The notes beneath the pieces were generated by a model. That model was not told the origin of the DNA. It did not search any database and saw nothing but the letters and a program-made list of their open reading frames with translations. The position numbers and the translations under genes are program-made. A DNA stretch of 63,980 nucleotides, counting the filler, from Asterionella formosa (Eukaryota): the NCBI GenBank assembly GCA_002256025.1. It is 16 parts of 16 records of this genome, joined end to end, with 100 filler letters (N's around TTAATTAATTAA, not from the genome) between each part and the next. Parts side by side here need not be neighbours in the genome. Positions count along the whole stretch, not along the records: positions 1 to 21,924 come from NKIB01002913.1; 15 more parts are not named here. One strand, given 5' to 3'. This document shows, in pieces, positions 1-13,336 of the stretch (positions within the stretch are counted from its first letter, which is position 1; every line of letters begins with the position of its first letter).

Positions 1-1403
1 ATTAGGTATGGATGGGTGTGATCTGCCCAAGGTCGAAGTCATTCTTGTGTGTACATTTTGTACAGACCATGTTTTATGTGTCGGTTTGACCTAAAATTCA
101 GGGTGTGAATAAAAAGTTTATCATGCCAGTACTAGCATGTAACACACAACACCCAGGTACCTGGTACCAGTACTATAAAATACCCGGTATGCATAGAAGA
201 TATTGGCGCACCGGCACTTTAAAAACTCTAAATAAAGCGAAATATGATTGTGCACAAATTTTAAATAAATAAATACTATGGCGAAAAAACTAGTATTATT
301 GACGAAGTTGACAGGGGATGTGTATGAAGCGCGCATTGAAACCACAGAAAAACAGCAGGAGAATTCGGAATACAGGCAGGCTGAGGAAAAATTGAGAACC
401 CATGGGAGCCAATTAAAACATTCCTAGCAAAAATTGAAGATGAGGTTCGAAAGCAAGCAAGCGACATGTTAACCACACAAGAAAACGGTCATAGAAGAGT
501 CGATCTGCCAGAGAACAACCATGCAGAGGCTTCAAGGCAGAAAGCTCACAATTTTTTGAATTAGTTTTCGACAAAAGCAAATCATTGATCACCAAGCCTT
601 GCAAATTTATAGTCTCAAGATAAAAATTCACTCGCCCATGGCTAATGTGCAAAACTCGACTGCAGCTATGATGGGAAACCGGAGAAAAGGATCTACCCAA
701 GCTACTTAGAACCAACTACGAATCTAGATTAGTTGGTGCAACAAATCAACCTCAACAAAGCATCAAAAGAGGAATAAAGGAACATTTGCAGAAAAGGCAG
801 TCGAATGAGTCAGGAATTGAGTCGAAGTACCGGTAACTTGTTCGTGGAAGGCCTTTTTTATATGGCTTCAGCTTTTCTCGTATTTGTTGAAAAAGCCATG
901 CAATGGCTGGGGTACAACTGATTTGGACCAAAAAACGTAGACAGCCACTCTTGGGCCGGTATAAAACTAAAGAACTGGGACGAGATTGCAGTGTTCAAGT
1001 GGAACGAACAATTCTGTTGAAGAACTTTGTCTAATACAGATTTATATATAATTTTGACAATTATTCGTCTCAAACCGTGTGATTATACCCCGTTTTGACT
1101 ATGAGTACAAAAATGAAAGTTTGTACATATGACTCTCGGTTTTTAGGTGTATATTTTCCACAACTATTCCTACTGTTGCAAGGTACCCAGGTACCAGGTA
1201 CCAGGTATCATGTCATATACCGGTAAGTATTTTGTGCTGCCTTGGCTCGCCATCAGCCACGCTGTCGTTCTTTGGCTGAAGAGCCATCATTGCGTCTTGT
1301 CTTTTGTTGCATTGTAATTCCTCCATCAGCATCACTACTGCATTGCTTTGCTTTGCTTAAGATCCACAAGCACTCCTCTACATAGCAGCAAGCAAACAGA
1401 GAC

Positions 1404-4400
1404 ATGAGTAACAAGACGACTACGGAAAGCCCACCAGTACGACAGCAGCACAGTAGTACGACCACCAAACTCCCTGTTGCTCCCCTTCCCCTTCCTCCTC
1501 CTGTGCTACTCATGTCGACGACAGCCACAACTCCACCACCACCACCAGTACTAGAGGCTGTGCGTTCTACAGTAGAACGCATGCCAACATTAGCATCTGC
1601 ACCAAACAGTGGAATGAACATCAACATTACCGGTACTCAAACAGCTTCTACGACTCAGCCATCGTTTGGTGCTTTGCCCCTTCCACCTCCTCCACCACCT
1701 CCTCCCCCTTTGATACCTCCACATTCAAGCACAGTGGTGATGGATAATCCTAGATTTGCAGCAGTGTCTGCCCTCCCTCCACCACCGCCACCCAAAACAA
1801 CACCAAAGGCAGCCGTTGAACAAGTTCTTGAGGAACCCATTCTCATTCCTCCCAACCGGGTGGATAGGACCACCTTTGCTGCTACTTCCAATCAGACATC
1901 TGCAGCTTCAGTATCCTTATTTTTGGCGAAACGACAAACACAATTACCTATACTACTATTGGCATCAGAACAAGCACAACAAATGGCATGGAAGAATCAG
2001 TTACACTTGGTTGATTTGTTTCAAGGTCTTGTACAAGATCTGTCATCGGTTGTTAATTCACTACCATTACCACCGTTTCGAAGTGTGGTCAGCAATAGTA
2101 GCAACAGCACTACAAATACTACATTATCATGGAACAACATGTCCATTGGATTCCATGATTCAATGATACAAATGTCACCCTCACGGGCACAAGAATTATT
2201 ACAGCAATATGCACAACTGCTAGCAACAGATGGGAATGTTATGGAAGAATTGGATTTATTAGAAGATCAAGTGGATGCATTGATATGTGATTATGAGACT
2301 ACTATTACTCGCGGTGCCAATGGCACCACCAACAACAACAACTATCCACAACAAGACTATAAATCAGATATGCAAAAAAGTTTGGACCGGCAAGCACAAT
2401 TGGAACAAATTACAAAAGATGCTTTTGCATTAACATCACCACCAAATATACCATGGCTACGTCGATTTAGAGCTGCGTTGGATGAATCTACCAATTGGGT
2501 AGAACATGATTTAATTGCTACACCTGCTTTGGCATTGATTGTGGTGTCCACACAAGAAGTAGATGATGATATTTTACAAGTTGCCAAGGCTCTGTACTAC
2601 TCACCACATTACTTACCAGACGCATATACCAATGGGACATTAGACCCTGCATCCTTACGGAAGGAAGTTTTGGTGCTGCATGATTCTGTGCATGGACCAA
2701 CAAACTTCAGAGAAGATGACATTTTGCCACAATTTAAAAAAGCTTTCGGAAGTGGGGCGACAATTTTGAGAATTAATAGTATTCTCCCGACCATGGCAAA
2801 GACATTGGAACTGGAAAATACAACTGACTTGTGGGGCGGTGGAGGGAAACGAGGAAATAGATTGTCGCATTCAGATCGATTGAGTATTAGGCGATATATG
2901 GCGTCCATTATTGCATCATCCTTAATTCCAGCTCTGGAACGACGGATATCAGATTTGAATCATATTGTTACGGAAAAGAAAAAAGGAGTCAGGAATGTAT
3001 TCAAGTCGTTATGGCGAGGTGCACCTCCTTCGAACAGCACGAAGGAACTCACATCATCGACGGCAGCAGCCGATTCTACAACGACTTTGACTGCCAACAA
3101 AATGAGCAAATATCGTTATGACTCTGTGGAATCTCAAGTACGATTGTTAGCGGATACGCTATTTTTAATCAAGGATTATGATGCTGCACTTAACATGTAC
3201 AAACTCATCAAAGATGACTATAAACATGATCGATCACTCTTGCACTATGCAGGAATTCAAGAAATGTTGGCCCTGTGTACACTTCTTTTGAATGAACGCA
3301 ACAATGTCAAAGAACTATTTGGTTACTTTGAAACGGCATTGTTCAGTTATACGCGAGCGGCTGAAGAAGATCGTGGTATTTTTCCCACTGCAGTTGCGAC
3401 CCGACCCACGACAGCTTCAGTCGCGACACGATTGGCCACCCGATTGTGTTTGGTCATGTCAGCTGCGAAACCAACCACTATGACTGTCGAACGACATTTA
3501 GAAGTGGCAGATTTATTAGCATCCGCATCCTCCAATGAAACCTCACTCGGAGCTGCTGTCTTGTTAGAACAATCTGCAGCACATTATTTCAAGGCTGGCA
3601 TGTATCGAAAGTATGCATTTCATACACTCATGGCAGGACATATGTTCCGATCGGGAAGTCAAGAACATCATGCGTTCCGATGCTTCACAGCAGCGTTGTA
3701 CATTTATCATGATGGACAATGGGATGAATTGCACAATCATTTGCGTTCGGCACTAGCGGCACAATTGTATGCACTGGGCCGTATGGCAGCCAGCGTTGAG
3801 CTATATGCCAAATTGGTTGGAACAACTGGTGGAGGTCGTGTGTCTGTTAAATCCCAACAAAAATTTGTCCATCATTTGTTGGACATTTGCAAAGACCATC
3901 CCAAAAAGGCACTTGTGGGAGCCGATCGTATGGCTGCACCGACCAGCAAACGTAAAGATCGGTANNNNNNNNNNNNNNNNNNNNNNNNNNNNNNNNNNNN
4001 NNNNNNNNNNNNNNNNNNNNNNNNNNNNNNNNNNNNNNNNNNNNNNNNNNNNNNNNNNNNNNNNNNNNNNNNNNNNNNNNNNNNNNNNNNNNNNNNNNNN
4101 NNNNNNNNNNNNNNNNNNNNNNNNNNNNNNNNNNNNNNNNNNNNNNNNNNNNNNNNNNNNNNNNNNNNNNNNNNNNNNNNNNNNNNNNNNNNNNNNNNNN
4201 NNNNNNNNNNNNNNNNNNNNNNNNNNNNNNNNNNNNNNNNNNNNNNNNNNNNNNNNNNNNNNNNNNNNNNNNNNNNNNNNNNNNNNNNNNNNNNNNNNNN
4301 NNNNNNNNNNNNNNNNNNNNNNNNNNNNNNNNNNNNNNNNNNNNNNNNNNNNNNNNNNNNNNNNNNNNNNNNNNNNNNNNNNNNNNNNNNNNNNNNNNNN

Positions 4401-6444
4401 NNNNNNNNNNNNNNNNNNNNNNNNNNNNNNNNNNNNNNNNNNNNNNNNNNNNNNNNNNNNNNNNNNNNNNNNNNNNNNNNNNNNNNNNNNNNNNNNNNNN
4501 NNNNNNNNNNNNNNNNNNNNNNNNNNNNNNNNNNNNNNNNNNNNNNNNNNNNNNNNNNNNNNNNNNNNNNNNNNNNNNNNNNNNNNNNNNNNNNNNNNNN
4601 NNNNNNNNNNNNNNNNNNNNNNNNNNNNNNNNNNNNNNNNNNNNNNNNNNNNNNNNNNNNNNNNNNNNNNNNNNNNNNNCTTTTACACACCGGCTTTCTG
4701 TCGTACGTCACCACCAGAAGGCGAAGAGGCGAATGGGGCTTGGAAATCTGCCAAGGCCGATGACCTCTTTTTTGTTGTTACCAAGGTGGATCTATCAATT
4801 CAACCAGGCAGCACTTTACTTGTTTCACTCAGTATTTGTCCCCTGGTACAAGGAGATCTGGAGATTCTGGGTGTTCGAAGCAAACTCTTTAATGACGTTT
4901 GGGTGTATCATCCTTTCAAAATTAAGGGTGCGTTGCTCCATAGCACATCTGGCGGTATCTCAAATCGTTTTCGTGCCGAGCCTATGCTTTTGAAGGCCAA
5001 GGTAGAGCAAGAAATGCCAAGGCTCACAGTCAATCTTATTTCAAGTCGGGGACCGCCACAAGATATGTCGCACGCCAATAGCGCTGTTATTCAAGGTCAA
5101 ATTAGCAGTTGGACCTTACAAGTTTCAAACAGAGGAAGCGCACCTGCAACAAATTTTACGCTCAAGACGAACCTTCCTTGGATCAAGGTACCTACAAAAA
5201 AGAACACCGAAGAAGAAGCAACGTCTGGATGTGTCGGGCCCAGTGGTACATTGCAACTCATTCACTTCCCATACGAACAGATCGATCCTGGGGAAAGCAT
5301 TGAAATTCCTATTTTGATTCGGACCACTGGTACTGCATTGCAAGATTTTTACATGCTTTACCGCTATGCCCACGCTGACGACGTCAAGAAGCACAGGTGG
5401 CTTCGGCAGATGATTTCTGTTCCTGTGTACCCATCTCTTCAGATCAAGGCTTCATTGATGCCCTCTTATTGGACCAAGGACGAACACGTTTTGTCAGTAG
5501 AAGTGACCAATTTCAAGAGTGGAAGAATGTTATTAGACAAGGTTGCGGTGGCAAGTAGAGAGTATCGCTTATTGCCTATTGACGGGCAAGTAGAGAATGG
5601 TGCAGACATGATGTTGGATTTTCAAGAACGGGTTTCCATGCATTACCGACTCGTCACTGATTCCACCATTTCAAACACGTGTATGTTGAGTGAATGTCCT
5701 TTGTCTGGAACAAGTTCGAATTCTCCTTCAATTTCTCAATGCATTGCAACAGACAGTGTTGATTACATTTGTTTAGAGAGCGCGAATTCACGATTTCGAG
5801 CAGCTGTGAGGGCACACGAAATCGAGCAAGGCTCGAATGGTGAAGACGAGGACCAGCAACCTCGCCATGTATCTCAAATTCGTCGTGCGAAGACAACCCT
5901 GTCTGATAGTGAAAACGAGGAGTTGCCCTCCCATCCAACTTCGATTGGCAGGATTTTTTCATTGGAGGATAGCAAGTCAGTTATCAGTTTGATGTGCTTT
6001 TGGAAATCAGTGGAAGATAACAGTGCTGACATTGTCTGTGGGCAACATCACGTCACTAATTTGGTCGTGAGACCCAAGACATCTTGTAAGGGCTGCCCGG
6101 TAACTATTACCTGTCACCATCCGATCTCTCTGTCACACGACTTTAACAAAGGACCAGCTCATATTCCATTTGAGGTGACGGTCCGAAATCGTCAAGTTGA
6201 AGCTTCAGTTGAGTTTGAGTTTGCCTTGGAGCGACAGAAGACACTTGAGTTCATGGGATGTGAGTGCTTCACATGGGAATTGGAAGGAGGCGACGAGCTC
6301 ACAATTCCACTACAAGCTTTGATTTCATCCCCTGGTCTTTATAACCTGCAGGCTGTGCGATTAACTGTTACCAAAGAGGGTAAGAAAGTTCCTTATCTGT
6401 TTCCATTGCAATGGATGGTCACTGTCATTAGTAAATCAGTCTAA
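1404..6444 (+). CDS. TRAPPC8: TRAPP III subunit TRAPPC8/Trs85 (interrupted by N gap 3965-4679)
   Basis: Long ORFs on both sides of the gap. Trs85-type segments LIPALERRI, RLLADTLFLIKDYDAALNMYKLIKDDYKHD and RKYAFHTLMAGHMF; C-terminal beta-rich region; Pro-rich N-terminus. Confidence 0.85.
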
Positions 6445-6799
6445 ATTTTTATTCCATGATCGATCATGTTACGGTACTTTGTACATTCGGACCATTAACT
6501 CTTGGTGTAGACTTTTTAAATTTGTTCGCTTTCCTCCTTATTTTAACATTCTATTTGTATAAGGTGCCTTGGTGTTGATCCTCTCCCCTCAATATTTGTA
6601 GCATGAGGCAACCTACAGTCGACTAATATCATACGAACAGAAAGATGAAAAGGAGTGCGATGATACGATGCTGACAAAAACGTGTAGTGAAAAGGGATGC
6701 TTTGTTTATTGAAAGCATTGCTTGCTTGTTCATGGTGGCGAGTGCTTCATCTCCAAATATACCGGTAGACAATAAAAAACAGAATGAGATGCTCGTATC

Positions 6800-6899
6800 G
6801 ACAAACGAGCATCACAACTTACTCTCCCCTATACGCGGTCCAAGTTATTGACAAACGAGCATCACAACCTACTCTCCCCTATACGCGGTCCAAGTTATT
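6800..6899. repeat. 50-bp tandem duplication
   Basis: 6800-6849 and 6850-6899 are identical except for one mismatch. Confidence 0.95.
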
Positions 6900-7058
6900 C
6901 TGTCGACCAATTCATGAGGTATTCATTGAACAAGAGGAGAAACACACAATATACATATGTATAATTGGTAACCAAATTTAATTCTTCAAGTTTTGGTTGA
7001 ATCATGTCATTCCTTCAACAACCAGTCATGTTATATTCAGACGTAATCCCTTCTATTG

Positions 7059-8186
7059 CTAAATGACAAATGTAATGCCAAGAGCCTCTTCACACCATTT
7101 CCACACATTTTCCTGATTTTCCTTGGAGCACACCAATTTTTCACTGCCTTTCTTGATTTCATGACCATCGACAATCCTAGTCACAGGAGGTCCCTTCATT
7201 CCGCCCTTGGGGGCATAAAACGTTCCTGACGCGGCATCTTTTCCAAAGGCTGCCATTCCTGCATCTAAACTTCCGTTTTCGGCAGAATGGCCTCCAGGCA
7301 TGATCATTTTTGCCATCCAGCCACTCATTAAGCCATCCCCTTTGGTTGAATTTACTTGTAAATTCGACGATGCCAATCCTGGATCTGCCGAAAGGGCCTT
7401 GACCTTGGATCCCTTGGCCTTTAGTTTTTCATGCATGGCCATGGCAAATACAGCATTGGCCAATTTTGTCTGATGATATCTCGTCCATGGTCCTGCTTTT
7501 CCACAAAGTTCAGATATGATCCACGTCTGATCACCTCCCAAGGTATTTGGACCACATTTTCCAAAATACGCTTCTTCCAACATGCTCCCTGGACCAAAGC
7601 GAGCAGAACTGGAATGTGTTACCAACCGAGCTTCTCCTCTGTGAGTGGCAGCCTCTTCCAAGGCATCGTATAGCATGTAGGTGAGTAGAAAGTGTGACAA
7701 TTGATTGGTTTGCATTTGAATTTCAAATCCATCGGCCGTGCGTAAATCACGAGTTGCCATAATCCCCGCGTTATTGATCAACACATCCAACCCTCCATTG
7801 GCTGCAGCAATGGCTTTGACTTGTTCTGCAGCATTCTTTACAGAAGCAAGATCTTGCATGTCGCAAGTAATACTTTGAATGACGCATAATGGTGACGACG
7901 CCGACGACGAGTGAGCAGTGGCAAGGGCCAGCAATTCGTCTTGTCCCTTTTTGGCACTCGACGAATCTCGATTGAGCAACACAACGATTTTAGCATTCTT
8001 TCGAATAGCGATTTCAGCTGAATAGAATCCCAACGAGCCAGCAGATGTGCCCGTAATGGCAACGACCTTGTCTGTCAAATCCATAAAGATATCGGCGCTG
8101 GCGACGTACTCCTCAAACAGAGCGCGATCTGAATGGCCATGGTCTGTCAAGTTGTATTCTTTATTGCTGCTGAACATGCTTCCCAT
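7059..8186 (-). CDS. Short-chain dehydrogenase/reductase (retinol dehydrogenase/WWOX-like)
   Basis: VAITGTSAGSLG cofactor motif, CDMQDLASV, LINNAGIM, catalytic YHQTK. Likely start is the ATG at 8186 (MGSMFSS, possible N-myristoylation); the ORF-track start at 8336 is not ATG. Confidence 0.9.
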   Translation of the reverse strand: MGSMFSSNKEYNLTDHGHSDRALFEEYVASADIFMDLTDKVVAITGTSAGSLGFYSAEIAIRKNAKIVVLLNRDSSSAKKGQDELLALATAHSSSASSPLCVIQSITCDMQDLASVKNAAEQVKAIAAANGGLDVLINNAGIMATRDLRTADGFEIQMQTNQLSHFLLTYMLYDALEEAATHRGEARLVTHSSSARFGPGSMLEEAYFGKCGPNTLGGDQTWIISELCGKAGPWTRYHQTKLANAVFAMAMHEKLKAKGSKVKALSADPGLASSNLQVNSTKGDGLMSGWMAKMIMPGGHSAENGSLDAGMAAFGKDAASGTFYAPKGGMKGPPVTRIVDGHEIKKGSEKLVCSKENQENVWKWCEEALGITFVI

Positions 8187-10163
8187 GACTTGTTGAACTT
8201 GAAGAAGAGGAGGAGGAGGAGGAGATGGGAGTATAATGTGCCGCTGCTGTTGTTGCTTTCCGACAGGAGTGTTTACTATATATGACTCGTCACAAAATGT
8301 TATGTTGGATCTTTTGTTGGAATTGATGCTGTGCAATGGTCGACTTCACAGGGAATATAAACCGTGTAGGCAGGTATTTATCATAGGTACGGAAAAGGAT
8401 TCGACAACAATCGAAAGAATACAAATGAAACGCTTCGAAGGATTCATGCTTGTGGTCCATTATTCCTTCACTTGTAGGCTGGTTCCTGGTACCTGGTACC
8501 AGGTAGTTTGATTCTACACCTGTACGATGCTGTGTAGGCAGACTACCTGTAGTTCCAGGTTACTAGGAAGTACCTGGTAGGAGTATGAATATGGGTATAC
8601 TAATTACTCGCTCGCAAATGTCGGTCATTTCGCCGAGCGAACCTGAAATTTGGCGCCGGCAGGCACATATTTTCGACTTCTCCGACATTTAGACATTTCT
8701 AACGGTTTCGCGCTGGCCCATTAATTTCAATTTTATCAAAATCTAATTTTAAAGAAAGGTTTTCTGAAAAACCAGTTTCCAAACCCTGGTAAGACATGGA
8801 CTTTGAAATTTGGGGAATGAATTTCACCCTAAAATAGTTCCTGCCAAATCGAATTACAGCATAATAGTATTCAAAACGATGATGCCACTAATAGTGGTAG
8901 ATAACCGTTGTCCGAGCTAGCCAGCGCATTTTTTATTTCTCTATAAGATCTACAGGCGTGAATATCCGCCATGTCCTTATCGTCATATCGGGGAATTTAC
9001 CGTAACTTGAAAGTATCACATACTAATGAATGTCCTGTTGTTATAAACTCCGAGCTCCATGTACTTGGTGACCTACGTTACCTGAAACCATTGCTAACCC
9101 TTGGTACCTGGTACCAGGTACCAGGTACCCCATGTGCACTTCGTACTGTACATGATAGAAATACAATTCTCCTTCGTACAGTACATATGAAACGTTGGAT
9201 GAATCTATTGCACTACGTACATCGAACATAATAGCTTTATCCTGTGCATGCATGAGCGTAGAAAAGAAATATTAAGCAATTTTAGACTCCTTCAACAATA
9301 CACTATATGCATCTAAAAAAATGAAAAATACGCACGTAACAAGAATTCGGAGTAGATAAAAATCATCCATATGTATATTTGTCAGATATTTTCGGCAATG
9401 ACTATTTGCGTCTGAAAGTCTTTTCACACATTCTAATCCAATATTTTCGGTGAATCACCTTGCTCTCTGAAATTCCGTCTGTAAGTATTTATGTTCTTTT
9501 GTATGTTGAACCTTTTTAACTATTTTTGTAGATCGAGAGGAGTGACATAGCAATTGTACCGAATGTGCCGTCATTGTATTTTCGTCAATCAATGAACTGC
9601 CATTTCTCTCGTAGACAGACCCATAATATAACAATTTGAAATTTTGGTATCGGCAGACAAAAACATGCTTCATTCTCCTTCTGATTGTATGTGTGAGTCA
9701 TTATGATCGACACAAACCTAGACTTATCAATTAAATGATTGGGATGCCACCACAATTTCCAAGAAAATACCAGTAGTTTGTTTACCTTCAAGAATTTCTC
9801 CAAAGTGCTGCTTCTGAACATGCCCATTTTACAAAATATCGTCAAGTCAACAAGGTAAAAAATGATTTGGTTTGGAAACGACAAGTGACTATCTTTGGTT
9901 TTTGCTTTGACAGTTCTGCTGATGCCTGATGCAAGCGCGCGCGCTTTCATCACGGACAAGATTGTATGTGAGAACCAGAACATTCTATTTTTCGAATTGC
10001 TCACCTTCTTCATTTCGATTTGCCATTTCATTCTTCCCCTCAGATTGGTATCGGCTACAAACATCATTTCAACAACTCCCTTTCCGACAATCGTTTCGTC
10101 CTGCATCATATCTCTCGGCTTATCCAACAGCACCAGTGCACGCTTTTTTTTTGAAACAAAAAA

Positions 10164-12478
10164 ATGATCTTTATAGGAACACAAATGTTCTTGTTGGTTG
10201 TCGTCCTCTCAACGACAATGTGTGTTTCGTCGCATTCTCCTTCTAAACCACAAGGGAATGTCTTTCATGATGGGAAAGCAAGGTCAAATTTGAGACAGAA
10301 GGAAAACCGGCTTTTGGATACAACCACCGATGAATACCTTATTTGTCAATTGAAAGAGATTCATATCATGTTGAAAAAGGATAACAAGGTTCAGGGTGAA
10401 GTCATGCACAGTTGTTTGACAAGCCCCACACAAGAGGCCGATGCAGCAGCTGGAATGATTTATGCACTTCCAGAGGCATTTGTGCAAACTTTAGACGTTG
10501 AAAGTATTAAAACGGGTGGGAAGGCAATTGAAATTCAAGGAGCTCAAGCTTTGGATAATGTCATTGTCATTCCAGATGACGCCAATGTTGTTGTCTCACA
10601 AATTCCATCAAATCGCCAATTGGTAACAACGACTTTTGGGGTCAAAACGGTGTTGACACTTCGTGTGTCTTCGTTGGACGCTACAAATTCACTGGATGCA
10701 GCTACAATCTCCAGTCGACTGTATACCGGGAATGGGGCGACAATCTCAAGTATATATCACGATTGTAGTTGGAATTCGTTGAATTTAATTCCTGCTACTG
10801 GAAATGGGATTACAAATGGTGTTGCTGAAATATTTATCAATCAAAATACGGTGGGCGAGACTTCTCTATTATCTATCGAGAATGCGGTAACTGCAGTTGC
10901 TCAGAAACAAGTGCCAAATTTTGACAGCATTGATCATGTTATGTACTGTGTAAGTCGAGGAGCTTATTTGTACCTGCTGTGGAGCTTCGCCATTTGATTT
11001 CTAACGAATGTTGATTCATCATTGCAGATGCCAGCTGGAACAGCCGGAGATTGGATTGCCTACGGATATTCTGGATGGAGCAGAACGGTTTTCAATAACG
11101 AATGGTGCGGTTATGTCTCGTCGGCTGTACATGAAATAGGTCATAACTTGGGCCTTTCTCATTCGGCTAAGGGCAATGTCGAATATGGTGACAAACAAGG
11201 AATGATGGGTTTCTCGTATCGCAGAATCAATGCTCCAGCAATGTACGTCTCTTTACAAGAAAGAAATTAAATGATCGAAAATAAGCGTATCTCACTTTTG
11301 ATTTTTCCAACAACGCCCTCAGGTGCTTCAATGCTCACAAGCATTGGTTTCTCGGTTGGTACCAAAGTCGGTCTATCTCAGTGAATTTGTCGAGTGGATC
11401 ATGGCTAGGTAGAGTGGTAGCTTTTACTGACTATGATCAAGCAGGAACTGGAGACTATGTGGTAGTGAAGGTCGGTAATCTCTATATCCAATACAATAAA
11501 GCTGAGAAATTCAATTATCAGACGGTGGATAAGAAGAATCAATTGACGATTGTGACAGCTGACAATGACTCTGCGATTTCACATGTACTAGGTGGAATTG
11601 ACCTGACTAACAGCACATACCGACAGTCCGACTTTATTGGAAATACTGCTATCAACATCAAGATCTGCAGTGCCAGCGAAGAAAACGAAAAAAGTGTCTT
11701 TCTGGTCTCAATTTTTCTGGATTTTCAATCTTCAAGTTGTGATGGTCCAGTTAGCGTTCCACCGGACGACTTTGCTCCTCCCTTTTCGATGTGTTTTTCT
11801 GGATCAACAACGGTTGTCGTCAAGGATAAAGGCATCGTGCAAATGAACGATCTCCAGATTGGTGATCAGGTACTTGATGATGCAGGAAATTTCGAAACGG
11901 TGTACAGTTTTGGCCATCGCCACGAGACGCTTGATGCTTCGTTCCTTCAATTCCTGCCTTCTGGTATCGAAATTTCCAAAGATCACATGGTAAAGATCGA
12001 CGGGCGCTATATCCCCGCCTCTGCCGTAAAAGTTGGCAACGCACTTGAGACTGGAAATGGAGACTTTATAACCATTAGTGAAATTCGCACAGTGGTTCGC
12101 AAGGGAGTGTACGCTCCTTTCACTGCGTCTGGAACCATCGTGGTAAGCAACGTGAAAGTATCAAGCTACATCGCTTTTCAGGATTCTGATCGCCTAAAAA
12201 TTGGAGGGTGGACGACTCCTTTCAGTTATCAGTGGCTGGCCCATGCTTCTCAAGCACCTCACAGAGTATGCATCCGCATTTACGGCGCCTGCGACGAAAC
12301 ATATTCAGAAACCGGAATGTCGACTTGGATTGACGGACCCTACCAGTTAGGTTTGCATTTCCTTGAACTAAATGCTGTTGCCAAGGCATTGTTGTTGGCG
12401 CCTAGTCTGGTGTGCTTGTCAGTGGTTTTAGCCATTGAAAGTATCCTCAACTATAGTGGTCTACAAGAGTTATGGTGA
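10164..12478 (+). CDS. Secreted peptidase M11 (gametolysin-like) metalloprotease fused to a C-terminal Hog (Hint + SRR-like) domain; exons 10164-10949, 11028-11242, 11323-12478
   Basis: Hydrophobic signal peptide. GT-AG introns 10950-11027 and 11243-11322 restore one frame (HVMYC|MPAG, PAM|CFNAHKHWFLGWY). Zinc motif HEIGHNLGLSH plus YGD..GMMG Met-turn. Hint begins CFSG at 11792 and contains ISKDH and GVYAPFTASGTIVV. Confidence 0.88.
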
Positions 12479-13336
12479 AAACTCTAAATGGGAATGCCCA
12501 ATCTTCTGTGTTACACTGTTATCCATGCTAATAACGCTCTCGCTCTCTATTTGTATCCCTTGGAGTGTGAAACAAATTATAGTCGTTTCTAACCCTTGTT
12601 AACTATTAATCCTATAACCTACATGTATTTTCTGATATTAAGGTAGTACATAAGTATATTGCTTCAATCATGATCTTGAGGATGAGTATGGATTATGTAT
12701 ACTGTACAGCTATTTAGAAGTAACAACAATATACATTATACCGGTAGGTTCATATTTGGCATTACATAGAAGTTACCATTATACTACATGGTGTACTGAT
12801 CTGTTTATTGTTACTGTATGTATGTAGAATACATACCCCCGTATGCATGATTTACAAATCATTCAGACTAGTTTCTGTACGATGACGTTCTCTAGCTAGA
12901 TTCCTCTCGTAGAGCTTACGTCGATGTCGCAAGACTCGTGATAGATTCATTGTGATAAATGATTACCATTATCTCCGGACTTCACAGATCTATGGAATGT
13001 AATATCATACCGGTTGTTCACGACCCACAACGGGTTCGTACTGTACTGACCGGTATTGGCATTTGGCATCCATCATCATATGTATGTAGAAAGAGATATG
13101 ATGATGGATGCCAAATGAGAACACCTATTACCGAACTTGCTAGTTGACGCCTATATTCTTCTGACGAGAATTTTTTATGTCACCTATCATGATGTGACGG
13201 TCATATTTCATCACTATAGATCCATCCCCCACTGAAACATTAACAAGAATAGTAACATACCTACCAGTAGTTTTTTCTCGTGCTGAAAGGTTCTGTGTGA
13301 AGCACCAGCAACAGGAGCAACAAGAGCAAACGAAGC

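Noticed and set aside
9585..10184. 199-aa minus-strand ORF overlapping the start of the M11-Hog gene
   Set aside because: No recognisable motif and it overlaps a well-supported gene start; probably spurious or a relic.
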